From: Promethearchaeota archaeon
GTDB lineage: Archaea > Asgardarchaeota > Lokiarchaeia > Sigyniarchaeales > SOKP01
Reading direction: 5' to 3'
DNA length: 64,000 bases
Assembly: GCA_019057865.1 (NCBI GenBank)
Contig: JAHLWP010000013.1
Span: 1 to 64,000 of the forward strand
Made by a program: the position numbers and the translations under genes. The notes beneath the pieces are model-generated. The model had not been told where the DNA came from. It was given only the letters and a program-made list of their open reading frames with translations, and made no database searches. Numbering within the stretch: position 1 is the stretch's first letter; each line of letters starts with the position of its first letter. Of the stretch, positions 43,384-54,275 are shown in pieces.

Positions 43384-44811
43384 ATGACAATTGTTATTAT
43401 GAAGTTTGGGGGTTCCTGTTTAATTGATAGACATACTTTTAAAAAAATTCTTAAGATTACTGACATTTATAACAACTCAAAAAAAATATTTGTTGTTTCA
43501 GCATTTTCAGGGATAACCGATTTACTTCAGAAAACAGCTCAGAATTTGGAAGATCCTATAGAAGTGGATAAAAATGTAGCTTTGATCGAAAAAAAACATA
43601 TAGATATAGTTGAGCAAATATTTTCAGAAGATTCTGAACATTACATTAAAGTTAAAGAATGGATTGATGATAAATTAAGTGAGTTAGAGGATGCTTTTGC
43701 TGATATAAGAGAATTTGGTTTAGAACCTTATTATAAAGATTATGTTTTAAGCTTTGGTGAATTCTTCTCAACATATATACTCAATCAATATCTCTTAAGT
43801 AATGGGATTGATTCAGTATTCATACCAGCAAATAAAATTATTATAACAAATGATGAATTTAATAATGCCTACCCCCTATATGAATTAACAAATTCACGAA
43901 TTAAAAGGTTATTAATTCCTTTGTTAGAGAATCCGAGAAAAGATACTATTATCTGTTTAACAGGTTTTATTGGTAGAAATAAAATAGGGTATATTACAAC
44001 CTTAGGTAGAGGTGGATCAGATTATACAGCAACTATTATAGCACATTCACTTTATGAAATGGGAAACGATAAGGATATTAAAGTTATTTTATGGAAAGAT
44101 GTTGATGGTTTAATGGCAATAAACCCAAAATTTACACCCGAATCCTCACTAATTAGAAATTTAGATTACAATGAAGCAAAACATATCGCAAATTTTGGTG
44201 CTAAAATTCTCCACCCAAAATGCTTAGAAGCCATAGAAAAAAGTAAAATCCCTTTAGAAATCAGAAATTTTGATAAACCATTAGAAAAAGTTGATTTTAC
44301 TAAAATTTCTGAATACTCAGATAAAGACCAAATAAAAGGACTTTCTGCTGTGGAAGATGTTGTTGTAATAACCATTTCTTCCGGAAGTTTAGTTGATGTT
44401 CCAGGAGTTTTAGCTAAAATTTTTAAAGTAATGAGTAAAAATAATATTAGTGTATCATTAGTTGCCCAAAGTGCTTCAGAAATTAGTACTTCATTTATAG
44501 TAAAAAGAGAGGATTCAAAAAAAGCAATTGATGCTTTAAATAAATCTGAATACTTCTCAAATTTTTTTGAAATTAATTTTGAAGATGTTGCTGTTATAAA
44601 TATCACAGGTACAAAAATTTTAGAAAATATCACTAAAGCTTTAATTTTTCAAGCTTTAGATAAGAAAAATATTCATGTTAAAGCTTTAACTCAAAGTACT
44701 GAAGATTTAAGTCTTTCTATAGTTGTAGAAAAAGAAAATCTAATAGACGCGATTAATTTAATACACGATGATCTTTATGAAATTTTAGACACAACTAGAT
44801 TTGAAGATTAA
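43384..44811 (+). CDS. lysC: Aspartate kinase with ACT domains
   Basis: MKFGGS, VVSA, TTLGRGGSDYTA, WKDVDG, GAKILHP. Confidence 0.92.
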   Translation: MTIVIMKFGGSCLIDRHTFKKILKITDIYNNSKKIFVVSAFSGITDLLQKTAQNLEDPIEVDKNVALIEKKHIDIVEQIFSEDSEHYIKVKEWIDDKLSELEDAFADIREFGLEPYYKDYVLSFGEFFSTYILNQYLLSNGIDSVFIPANKIIITNDEFNNAYPLYELTNSRIKRLLIPLLENPRKDTIICLTGFIGRNKIGYITTLGRGGSDYTATIIAHSLYEMGNDKDIKVILWKDVDGLMAINPKFTPESSLIRNLDYNEAKHIANFGAKILHPKCLEAIEKSKIPLEIRNFDKPLEKVDFTKISEYSDKDQIKGLSAVEDVVVITISSGSLVDVPGVLAKIFKVMSKNNISVSLVAQSASEISTSFIVKREDSKKAIDALNKSEYFSNFFEINFEDVAVINITGTKILENITKALIFQALDKKNIHVKALTQSTEDLSLSIVVEKENLIDAINLIHDDLYEILDTTRFED

Positions 44812-44943
44812 TCAATGATTTTTAATTTTTTATCTAAACGTCTATATCTTAATAAATTCTATTGTAAAGAGGGATTTAATTAGATCCCGAAGTAATTTAT
44901 AGTTATTTTTAAAATTATTTTAGTAAGAAAAAGATTAAATCAA

Positions 44944-45474
44944 TTAATGAGTTCTGGAATCAATAATTCGACCAGTAAGTTCAGTAAATGCCTCATCTAC
45001 ACTTACACCTGTTTTTGCCGAAGTTTCTATATAAATACTACCCTCATTTTCGGCAAATGATCTTGCATCATTACGATCAATGACTATTCCTACATCTTCA
45101 ACCAAATCAGCTTTATTTCCAATTAATACAAAGGGGATATTCTCTCCTGCAAATTGACGGATTTCTGTGAGCCATTTTCTAGTTTCTGTATATGTTTGTT
45201 CCCTTGTTAAATCAAATACTAATAATGCCCCCGCGGCTCCTTTATAAAATGTGCTACGTATAAATTCAAACCTTTGTTGTCCACCTATATCCCAAATGCT
45301 TAATGTAGCAATTTCTCCTTGTCGAAACTCAACATCTTTAGTTAAAATATCAACACCGACAGTTAATTTATAATTTGCTTGAAACCTATTCTTTATAAAG
45401 CGCTGAACGAGTGATGTTTTACCTACAGCCGCGGCACCAGTTAATAGAACTTTTAGCTTAAAACTTGACATCAC
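44944..45474 (-). CDS. Rab-like small GTPase
   Basis: GAAAVGKTS, YKLTVGVD, WDIGGQQRF, FYKGA, GNKAD, ETSAK. Confidence 0.92.
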   Translation of the reverse strand: MMSSFKLKVLLTGAAAVGKTSLVQRFIKNRFQANYKLTVGVDILTKDVEFRQGEIATLSIWDIGGQQRFEFIRSTFYKGAAGALLVFDLTREQTYTETRKWLTEIRQFAGENIPFVLIGNKADLVEDVGIVIDRNDARSFAENEGSIYIETSAKTGVSVDEAFTELTGRIIDSRTH

Positions 45475-45664
45475 TGATCACAATTATTTATATTGATATT
45501 TTTAATTTTGTATATAAATTATTATTGTAAATGATATTTAAGAATTTATTTAATTTTATTACACAAATTAAATTAAAGATTAAATAAATTAAAAATTTAA
45601 ATACTTTTACATAAAGTAAAATGGAATTCTAATCATTAAAATGAGTTAATTAGGTGATTTGATT

Positions 45665-47605
45665 TCATCTTTTTGGAATGTTATTATATTCTTTCAGAGT
45701 AGGGAAAAGTTCAAGAGTAAAGTGAGGAAAGTACATGGCATTTGTAAATTCTTTTTGAAATTCTTCTTTTGTAGCGATTTCAATATATTGGATTTTTTTT
45801 AATAATTTTTTAACCTTTTCTCTTAAATCTTTGTTCAATAAGAGGGATTGAGCGCCAGTTCCAGCAGCATTCCCGATTTGAAAAATATTTTCATCTGAAA
45901 TATCTGGAATCATTCCAATAAATTTTGCATTATATTTATTAATATAATTACCAAAAGCACCCGCCAAAAATACTCGTTTTATTTCTAGTTTAGTATCTAA
46001 ATGCTTTAATATAAGTCTAGTACCAGAATAAAAGGCTGCTTTTGCCATTTGTATTTGCCTTATGTCATTCTGAGATATTTTGATTTCTTTTCCAATAGAG
46101 GTTTCTTCTCTTTTAGCTATTATGAACTCAATATTATTATTTCTTTTAAGAATTCTCTCTTGATCAATGAATTCTTTGTTAAAATTACCACTCCTTGTAA
46201 GAATTTTTGATCTTAACATCTCTGCTATAGCATCAACTAAACCAGAACCACAAATACCAATTGGCTTTTTATTTTTAATTGTGCTGTAGGAAACATCAAA
46301 ATTTTGAGGATCGATTTTTATAGTATCTATAGCTCCAGCAGCAGCTCTCATTCCATCACTAATATGTGCTCCTTCTAAAGCAGAGCCAGCTGCACACGAC
46401 CCTGTTGCTAAGAATTTACGATTTCCTAAAATAATTTCCCCATTGGTTCCTATATCAATAGCTAAAGTAAGATCTTTCTGTGAGTTGATATTTGATGAAA
46501 GTATTACACCAACGGTGTCTGCTCCAATAAATCCTGCAATTATTGGTACTGTATATACATATCCGTTTTTAAATATTTTTAAATTTAAAGTTCTGGCCTT
46601 TATATTCATCCCTTTTTGAATCACAGGGATATAAGGACTCAATCCAATATTTATTGGATCCAAATTTAAAAAAATATGGTGCATAACTGAGTTCCCAACA
46701 ATGGTAGCTTCATAAATCTGGGAAGATTTAATTTTACTCTTTTCACAAACTTTTGAAATGATATTATTTAAGTCATTTAAAACAGCTAAATTTAACTTTT
46801 GTAGCCCATTTTCATCATTTTTAATAAAAGAAAGACGTGTGATTACATCTTCTCCATAAGCTGTTTGGCTATTTAGTTTTGAAGCTAATGAATAGACTTT
46901 TCCATTATCTAGATTGATTAAATATCCTACAATTGTAGTTGTTCCAATATCAAATGCAATGCCATAGTTATTTTCTGTTGTGTCACTAGGTTCACATTCT
47001 ATAATCTCATTATCATTCCATAAAGTTAGAGTAATTTTATGGTTATTCTCTCTTAAAATATTAGGTAGTTTATTTATTAAATTAAAATCAATTTCAATTT
47101 GATCTTCTTTAATAGTATTATCTTTAGCAATTATTTCAGCAATTACCCTTTCAAAATCAGGAATAGGCTCATCTAATGTTGGTTTTTTAATATCGAGGAA
47201 AAATTTCTTTATTGCTGGATTTAAGATAGTTTCTTTCCTAATTCCAAAAGTTAGAATATTGAAATCTTCAAATAATAGTTCACTAGGTAAGAAAATACGA
47301 AATTGAGGCGGTTTAAGCTCTTGTAACATATCTATATATTTATCATTAATTTTAGTTTGACATGCTAATCTATATCCACTTTCAAGATCTTCGTTGCTTA
47401 AAAATTTCTTTTCTGCGTTAGTTATTTGATTTAAACACTCACTGCCTTTCTGAATTAAGACTTTACATTTTCCACATGTACCTAAGCCACCACATATGGA
47501 TCTAATTGGCAAATTTAATTTCAATAAAAGGTCATATATTGGCTTATCATCCAAATAGTGAATTCTTCTGGAAATGGGTTCAAAATTAATAATTATTTTA
47601 TTAAT
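45665..47605 (-). CDS. ASKHA/RACo-like reductive activator of corrinoid proteins with N-terminal [2Fe-2S] domain (probable ATT start 47605; track start 47554)
   Basis: CGGLGTCGKC..RLACQ, DIGTTT, YGEDVITR, DIGTNGE, GICGSG, LAGAFG, GNAAG. Confidence 0.88.
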   Translation of the reverse strand: MNKIIINFEPISRRIHYLDDKPIYDLLLKLNLPIRSICGGLGTCGKCKVLIQKGSECLNQITNAEKKFLSNEDLESGYRLACQTKINDKYIDMLQELKPPQFRIFLPSELLFEDFNILTFGIRKETILNPAIKKFFLDIKKPTLDEPIPDFERVIAEIIAKDNTIKEDQIEIDFNLINKLPNILRENNHKITLTLWNDNEIIECEPSDTTENNYGIAFDIGTTTIVGYLINLDNGKVYSLASKLNSQTAYGEDVITRLSFIKNDENGLQKLNLAVLNDLNNIISKVCEKSKIKSSQIYEATIVGNSVMHHIFLNLDPINIGLSPYIPVIQKGMNIKARTLNLKIFKNGYVYTVPIIAGFIGADTVGVILSSNINSQKDLTLAIDIGTNGEIILGNRKFLATGSCAAGSALEGAHISDGMRAAAGAIDTIKIDPQNFDVSYSTIKNKKPIGICGSGLVDAIAEMLRSKILTRSGNFNKEFIDQERILKRNNNIEFIIAKREETSIGKEIKISQNDIRQIQMAKAAFYSGTRLILKHLDTKLEIKRVFLAGAFGNYINKYNAKFIGMIPDISDENIFQIGNAAGTGAQSLLLNKDLREKVKKLLKKIQYIEIATKEEFQKEFTNAMYFPHFTLELFPTLKEYNNIPKR

Positions 47606-47812
47606 GCTTTTCTCCCTTTCTTATTAGTTTATGAAATTATAAATGAGATAAATTCTCTCGGAAATTTAAGAACCTTTATCGTTTTTAATTATCTATAGTT
47701 AAAATAATTATAACAATATAAAAAGTTTAATTACTTAGTTTAACGTAATAAAAAAGATTGTTTATCAAAATAGATTATTTTTTAAATTAAGTATAAAAGG
47801 ATTAATATTAAA

Positions 47813-50800
47813 ATGCAAAATCCTGAAAATTTAGCTCAAGAAGCCTTAAATTTGTTAGAATTAGCTCAAAAACTTGAAGAGGAAAGGAATGTAGAGAAAG
47901 CGATTGTAAATTACGAAAGAGCAGGAGAACTTCTTAAGCAAAGTGGATATTTAACTCACAGAATTCAAGATATTTATGATAGAATTCAAGAATTAAATAA
48001 GTATCTCAAACAAGACAAATTATATCAATATACTCAAACACAAACTCAAATTGAGCAATTACAAGACCAAGCATTTGCGTTATTAGATGGTGCAAAAAAA
48101 TTAGAATCTGATGGTTTTTTTGAAGATGCTATCAAACAATATAGTTCAGCTATAGCCCTCCTGACTCAAGCAGGTTGGTCTAATACTCAATTAAACAATT
48201 TAAATACAAAGATTAAGATTATCTCTGATAATATAGAGCAGGAGAAAAAGATACTTCGGCAAAAAGAATTAGATCCTTCTCAACAATATATTCGAGAAAA
48301 AACAGAAGAGCAACCTCAAATTGTCAGTATGTTTGGAGAAAAAGCAACTCCTGAAAAAATAGAAAGAATAGAAACTTATAAAGCAATGAAAAAACGAGAG
48401 GAAGAAATACAAAATGAAGCATTTGCACTTATTGATAAAGGAAAATTATATGAACAAAAGAAAAAATTCGATAATGCAATACTGAATTATGAAAGGGCTG
48501 TCGAATTATTAAACTCTATTGGTTGGACTGAACAAACGCGTAATATTCAAATAATAATTGAAAAGCTTAAAATGGATCGTAAAAACTTTCAGAAATTTCA
48601 AGCTCAACAAGCACAAGATTCCGAAGCAATAAAGAGTAAAGCTGAGTTAAAACAACCTAGTATAACTTCAGAAGCAGAATTAAAAAAGCAAAAATTAACT
48701 GTATTTGAAGAGAAAAAGAAACAAGAAGAGGAAATTCAGACAAAGGCGTTTAATCTAATAGATATTGGAAAAATGTTCGAAAGGGATAATAATTACGATA
48801 AAGCAAACCAAATGTTTAATCAAGCAATTGAAATGCTTAAATCAATAGAATGGGATGCTTATATTCAACCTATTATTAATTTAATAAATGATGTCAAAGA
48901 AAAACAGAAAAGAGAACAAAAATCGGACCAATTAAAGGAAATAAGACAAGGTCAACTAATGAAACTTCAAGAATCGATATCTTTAAAACAACAAGAACAA
49001 TTATTGCAATCTACTCAAGATTTAGAGCTTAGGAGAAAAGAACTTGAACAAAAGCGAAAAGAAAAAGAAAAGAAAGAAAATGAGTTTTTTACAATATTAG
49101 AGAGAGCAGATAAAATATTACAAGAAGAAAAAGATTTTGATAAAGCAATAAATGAATATCAAAATGCATTAGAAAAGCTTAAAGAGTTAGGGGCAGGATG
49201 GGAACATTATATTAGCACACTAAAGACTACTATAACAAATGTTCGTAAGATTAAGCAATCTCAGCTCAAAAAGCAACAAGAAGAGCAAAGAGGAATCAAA
49301 GAAAGAAAAGAACAAGAATTAGAATTTCAGAGAAAAATTTCTGAACAGATAGATAAAGAACGAGCAAGGTTAAAGCAAAAAGAAATTGAATTAAAAGAAA
49401 GAGATGCCGAAATAAAATATAGAGAACAACGCAAAAGTGTTGCTTTTAATTATATGGATGATGCTCATGATTACATTACACGAGGAGATTTTGAAAACGC
49501 TATTAATGCTTATCAAAATGCGGGAAAAATTTTTGCTGAAATTCAATGGACTGATGAGATACCATTAATTGAAAAATCTATTAATGAAATAGAACAATTA
49601 AGAAGGAAACAACTTGATTTAAAACAGAAAAAGTTCCAAAAAGCAATAGAGAGACATAAAAAAGAAGAAGAATTTCAAAGACAAATTGCCAAACAATTAC
49701 AAGTAGAACGTGAAAAATTAAGAAAAAAAGAGATCGTTTTTAGAAAACATGAGGAAGAATTAAAAGAGCAAGAAGATAAAAGAAAAGCCGGTTTTGTTCT
49801 TCTAGAAGAGGCGCAAGACCATGTAAAACAAGGAGATTTTGATAAGGCAATCGAAATACTTCAGTATGCTATGAATTTTTTCGCAGATGCTCAATGGCAC
49901 AATGAGATACGTTTGATTCAGAATTCTATTATTGAGATTGAAAATAGAAAACGTGAAGCTGAGATAAAAAAACAAATAGAATTACAAACTACTCTTGAGA
50001 AAGAAAAACAAGAAAAGGAGTTTCAAGAAAAAATTACTAAAATGATGAAAACTCAACGTGACAAATTAAAACAAAGAGAGATAATTTTAAGAGAAAAAGA
50101 AGAAGAACTTGCTCATCGCGAGAAAAAAAAAGAAGAGGCTTTCTATTTATTAGATAAGGCCCAAAATCTTGTTCTTCAAGGTAAGTTAGAGTATGCAATT
50201 GAGATTTATTATGATGTCGCTAATATTTTTGCAGAAATTCAATGGATTGATGAAATTCCAATAATCCAAAAAACAATTCAAAATATTAAAAATAAAATTA
50301 GGGAAAATGAGATTTTAAAACAAAAAGAAATTCAGAAGTCAATTGAAAAAGAAATGGTAAATAGAGCATTTGTAGAGAAAATTAAAAAACAGAGAGAAAG
50401 AGAATTAGCAAAAGAGATGGAAAAAGCAGAGATTATCGAACAACAAAAAGAAATTTCAACAAAAAATTTATCTAAACAACAAAGTGCCTTTAAATTAATT
50501 GGTAACGCAGATATATTGCTTCAAGAAGAAAATTTCAGTAAGGCTACAGAAAATTATAGGAAAGCAATAGGAATCTTAACAGAAATAGGGTGGACCCATG
50601 GATATTTGAAACTGTTACAAGAGACCACTCAGGCTATAAATGAAAGAAAACGAGAAAGGGAAAGAGAAAAGCAATTAGAACAAGAATTATTAATTAAGAA
50701 GCAAAAAGAAGAAGAAGAATTCCAATCAAAAATCTCAACCTCTATTCAGAAAGAAAAAGAGAGGATCAAGAAAAAAGAATTTAAAATTCAAAGGAGAGAA

Positions 50801-53800
50801 GAATTAATAGATAAAATAGAAAGTCGTAAAGAAGAAGCATTTAAATTAATGGATGATGCCGAGAATTTGTTAAATCAAAACCAATATTTACAATCCATTG
50901 AAAAATACCGTCAAGCCGAATTAATTCTAAATGAAGTCGGCTTTTCAACAAGGGTTATCAGAGAAATGATTCAAAAGATTCAACAAAAGAATAGAGAAGA
51001 TGATCTTTCTAAACAAAAGGAATTTGAAACAAGAATTAGAAAGCAACAAGAAGATCTCATATTTCAACGAGAAATTTCAGAAAATTTAAAAATTGAAGAG
51101 GAAAAAATGAAAGCTAAGCAAAAATGGTTGAAAGAACAAGAAGATTTTAAGTTATTAGCTGAAAAAAGAAAGAAAGATGCATTTGATTTATTAGAGAAAG
51201 CACAAAACTACATTCAAGAAGGAGAATTTGACAAAGCAATTGAATTATACCATGAAGCGGTAAAAATATTTACCGAAATAAAGTGGGATGAGGAAGTTAG
51301 CTTGATCCAAAATTCGATTTTTGAGATTGAAACTAAAAAACGTGAATTAGAATTAGAGAAACAAAGGGAATTACAGAAAACACTTGAGCGAGAAAAACAA
51401 GATAAAGATTTTCAAGATCAAATTTCTACGATGATGAAAGCTCAATGTGATAAATTAAAACAAAAAGAAATTGCATTTAGAGAAAGAGAACAAGAATTAA
51501 CCCATCGCGAAGAGAGAAAAGAAGAAGCATTTAATTTGTTGGATAAAGCTCATGAGCAACTGTCTCAAGGTAACTTAGATGATACTATTGAACTGTATCA
51601 TAGGATGGCAAATATTTTTGCTCAAATACAATGGAATGAAGAAATCCCGATAATTCAAAGAGCTATACAAGATATTGAAAATAAAAGGAAGGAAAAGGAA
51701 TTAATAAGACAAAAAACCTTCCAAATGGAAATTGAAAAAGAGAAAGCAGATTATGCTTTTATAGAGAAAATTAAACGTCGTAGAGAATCTGAAAGAGTTA
51801 AAGCATTAGAACAACAAGAATTCTTAGAAACACAAAGAATTATATCCGCACATAATTTATCTAAGCAAGAAAATGCTTTTAATTTAATTGAGGAAGGAGA
51901 TCTATTACTCACCCATAAACAATTTAGTAATGCTATAGAAAATTATCAAAAAGCAATAGAAATTTTAAGGGAAATTGGATGGACTAGTGAATATCTAAAG
52001 GTGTTACAAGAAACAATTCAAACAGTAAAATATCGACAATTAGAAAAAGAAAAAGAAAAACAATTAGAACAGCAAATGGTCATCAAGCGACAAAAAGAAG
52101 AAGAACAATTCCAAATAAAAATAGCTGAATATTTACAAAAAGAAAAAGAAAGGATTCAAGAAAAAAAAATCGAAATTCAAAAATTAGAAGATTTAAAACT
52201 CTACATGGAAAATCGTAAGAAAGAAGCTTTTAAAATAATGGATTTAGGAGAAAACTTATTAAATCAAGGCAATTATGAACAATCTATTGAAAATTATCGT
52301 CAGGCTGAATTAATTTTAAATGAAATTAGATTTCCAACAGCAGCAGTTAAAGAAATGATTCATAAAATCCAGGATAAAATTAAAGAAGAAAATTTAAGGA
52401 AACAAAAAATATTTGAAAACCAAATTAAAAAAGAGAGAGAAGAATTTTTATTCCTACAAGATATTAATGAACGGTCAAAAATTAGAGATAAGATTAGGAA
52501 AACAAAAGAACAGCAGCTTGTGAAGCAGAGAGAATTATATGCTTATATGGAAAAGAGAAAAGAGGATGCATTCAATCTTTTAGAAGAAGCAGAGATTTTT
52601 ATGAAAAATGGGCAGTATGATAAAGCCCTTGAATATTACCGTAATGCTGAAATAATTTTGAACGAAATTCAATTCCCAACTGAATCTATAAGAGAGATGA
52701 TTCATAAAGTTCAAGAGAAGAAAAAAGAGCATCAACTAGAAAAGCAGAATGAATTAGAGCTGGCAATTCAAAAAGAAAGAGAAGAACGAGAATTCCAAAG
52801 TAAAATTGCTGAAAGTATCAATAGTGAGAGAGATCGTTTGAAATCAAAACAAATTCAAATATTAGAAATCGAAGAAAGGAAAAGAATCTTAGAAAAAAGA
52901 AAACAAGAAGCATTTAAGATTTTAGATGAAGCTGAAAATGCTTCAAAAAGATTAGATTATAATGGTGCATTAGAAAGTTATAGAAAGGCTGGTTTATTAT
53001 TAAATCAATTACAATTTCCAACCGAATCTATTGAAAATACGATATCTAAGATTGCAGAACTTAAAAAACAAAAAGAACAGACAGAAGTATTAAAATATCA
53101 AAGGGACTTAGAACGATTAGAAGAAGAAAGACAATTACAAGCAATTATTGAAGAAAGACAAAGACAAGAAAGAGAAAAGAAAATAGCTCATCAATTAGCA
53201 CTTCAAGAAAGGGAGAGAGTTATTCAGGAACAAATGAACCAAAGAGAAGCTGCTTATTCACTTTTAGAAAAAGCTCAAAGTCACCTTAAAGGACATACTC
53301 CTGATTATGATTCCGCAATAGCATTATATACTCAAGCAAGAGACTTTTTAGCTGAAAATATCGGTTGGCAACCTGAAATCACCCATTTGAATGATTTAAT
53401 TAACGATTTACAACTAGAGAAAGCAAATTTCATTGAAAGGAAAAGAATAGAAGAACAGGCTAGATTACAAAGACAAAATGAATATATATTATTTCAAGAG
53501 GAAGTAAGAAGGAGACGCATAGAACAAGAAAAATTAAAACAAGAACAACTAAGGCAGTATAGAGTGTTATATTTAAAAAGAGAACAAGCAGATAGACTAA
53601 GAGATGAAGGCTTAAATCTAATTGATGAAGGAAAGAAATGGGCCGCATATCATGATTTTGAACAATCCTATGAGAATTTTAACTTGGCTATTGAAAAGTT
53701 CAAAGAAATTGGTTGGGATGAGGAAGTAAAATATATTCAAAATGAAATAAAAAACATAAAGATATTAGAAGACCGAGTAAAGAAGGAAGAATTGAGGATT

Positions 53801-54178
53801 CAATCTATCTATGAACAATTAGAAAAACAAAAATCTTTAGAAGAGTATCAGAGAAATCAAAAAGAGTCTGAGTTGCAGCAAACTATAGCAGAAGTTGGAG
53901 ATTTAGCTGGTGATATAATTACTTTAATTGAAGATCGAAGAAAAAAACAAAGAACTGAGGCAGAACAACAAAAAATTCAAATCAAGAAAGAAGCACAAGA
54001 ATTTAGCAAAAAAATGGGAGGGTTAATTAGATTAAAAGAAGATCTTATTGCAGAATTGGCAAGAAGAGAAGATGAAAAGAGAAAGAAAGTAGAAGAACTA
54101 AAAAGCGTTAAAGAAAGAGAAAAAATTGATGATATAAAAAAGATGCTTAAAGAAGTTGCTAAAAAAAAGAAAAAATAA
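47813..54178 (+). CDS. Giant 2121-aa repeat protein: 18 TPR/MIT-like helical modules separated by charged helical linkers
   Basis: Motif AFxLLxxA......F/YxxAIxxYxxAxxIL/FxxIxW/F recurs 18 times with E/K/Q/R-rich spacers. Confidence 0.85.
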   Translation: MQNPENLAQEALNLLELAQKLEEERNVEKAIVNYERAGELLKQSGYLTHRIQDIYDRIQELNKYLKQDKLYQYTQTQTQIEQLQDQAFALLDGAKKLESDGFFEDAIKQYSSAIALLTQAGWSNTQLNNLNTKIKIISDNIEQEKKILRQKELDPSQQYIREKTEEQPQIVSMFGEKATPEKIERIETYKAMKKREEEIQNEAFALIDKGKLYEQKKKFDNAILNYERAVELLNSIGWTEQTRNIQIIIEKLKMDRKNFQKFQAQQAQDSEAIKSKAELKQPSITSEAELKKQKLTVFEEKKKQEEEIQTKAFNLIDIGKMFERDNNYDKANQMFNQAIEMLKSIEWDAYIQPIINLINDVKEKQKREQKSDQLKEIRQGQLMKLQESISLKQQEQLLQSTQDLELRRKELEQKRKEKEKKENEFFTILERADKILQEEKDFDKAINEYQNALEKLKELGAGWEHYISTLKTTITNVRKIKQSQLKKQQEEQRGIKERKEQELEFQRKISEQIDKERARLKQKEIELKERDAEIKYREQRKSVAFNYMDDAHDYITRGDFENAINAYQNAGKIFAEIQWTDEIPLIEKSINEIEQLRRKQLDLKQKKFQKAIERHKKEEEFQRQIAKQLQVEREKLRKKEIVFRKHEEELKEQEDKRKAGFVLLEEAQDHVKQGDFDKAIEILQYAMNFFADAQWHNEIRLIQNSIIEIENRKREAEIKKQIELQTTLEKEKQEKEFQEKITKMMKTQRDKLKQREIILREKEEELAHREKKKEEAFYLLDKAQNLVLQGKLEYAIEIYYDVANIFAEIQWIDEIPIIQKTIQNIKNKIRENEILKQKEIQKSIEKEMVNRAFVEKIKKQRERELAKEMEKAEIIEQQKEISTKNLSKQQSAFKLIGNADILLQEENFSKATENYRKAIGILTEIGWTHGYLKLLQETTQAINERKREREREKQLEQELLIKKQKEEEEFQSKISTSIQKEKERIKKKEFKIQRREELIDKIESRKEEAFKLMDDAENLLNQNQYLQSIEKYRQAELILNEVGFSTRVIREMIQKIQQKNREDDLSKQKEFETRIRKQQEDLIFQREISENLKIEEEKMKAKQKWLKEQEDFKLLAEKRKKDAFDLLEKAQNYIQEGEFDKAIELYHEAVKIFTEIKWDEEVSLIQNSIFEIETKKRELELEKQRELQKTLEREKQDKDFQDQISTMMKAQCDKLKQKEIAFREREQELTHREERKEEAFNLLDKAHEQLSQGNLDDTIELYHRMANIFAQIQWNEEIPIIQRAIQDIENKRKEKELIRQKTFQMEIEKEKADYAFIEKIKRRRESERVKALEQQEFLETQRIISAHNLSKQENAFNLIEEGDLLLTHKQFSNAIENYQKAIEILREIGWTSEYLKVLQETIQTVKYRQLEKEKEKQLEQQMVIKRQKEEEQFQIKIAEYLQKEKERIQEKKIEIQKLEDLKLYMENRKKEAFKIMDLGENLLNQGNYEQSIENYRQAELILNEIRFPTAAVKEMIHKIQDKIKEENLRKQKIFENQIKKEREEFLFLQDINERSKIRDKIRKTKEQQLVKQRELYAYMEKRKEDAFNLLEEAEIFMKNGQYDKALEYYRNAEIILNEIQFPTESIREMIHKVQEKKKEHQLEKQNELELAIQKEREEREFQSKIAESINSERDRLKSKQIQILEIEERKRILEKRKQEAFKILDEAENASKRLDYNGALESYRKAGLLLNQLQFPTESIENTISKIAELKKQKEQTEVLKYQRDLERLEEERQLQAIIEERQRQEREKKIAHQLALQERERVIQEQMNQREAAYSLLEKAQSHLKGHTPDYDSAIALYTQARDFLAENIGWQPEITHLNDLINDLQLEKANFIERKRIEEQARLQRQNEYILFQEEVRRRRIEQEKLKQEQLRQYRVLYLKREQADRLRDEGLNLIDEGKKWAAYHDFEQSYENFNLAIEKFKEIGWDEEVKYIQNEIKNIKILEDRVKKEELRIQSIYEQLEKQKSLEEYQRNQKESELQQTIAEVGDLAGDIITLIEDRRKKQRTEAEQQKIQIKKEAQEFSKKMGGLIRLKEDLIAELARREDEKRKKVEELKSVKEREKIDDIKKMLKEVAKKKKK

Positions 54179-54275
54179 AATAAAATTTTATTAGAGATTC
54201 TAATTTCTTTTAAAAATAATTACTAATTTTATTTACATAATTATAGTATTTTAATCATAAACTCTTAATTTAAAG

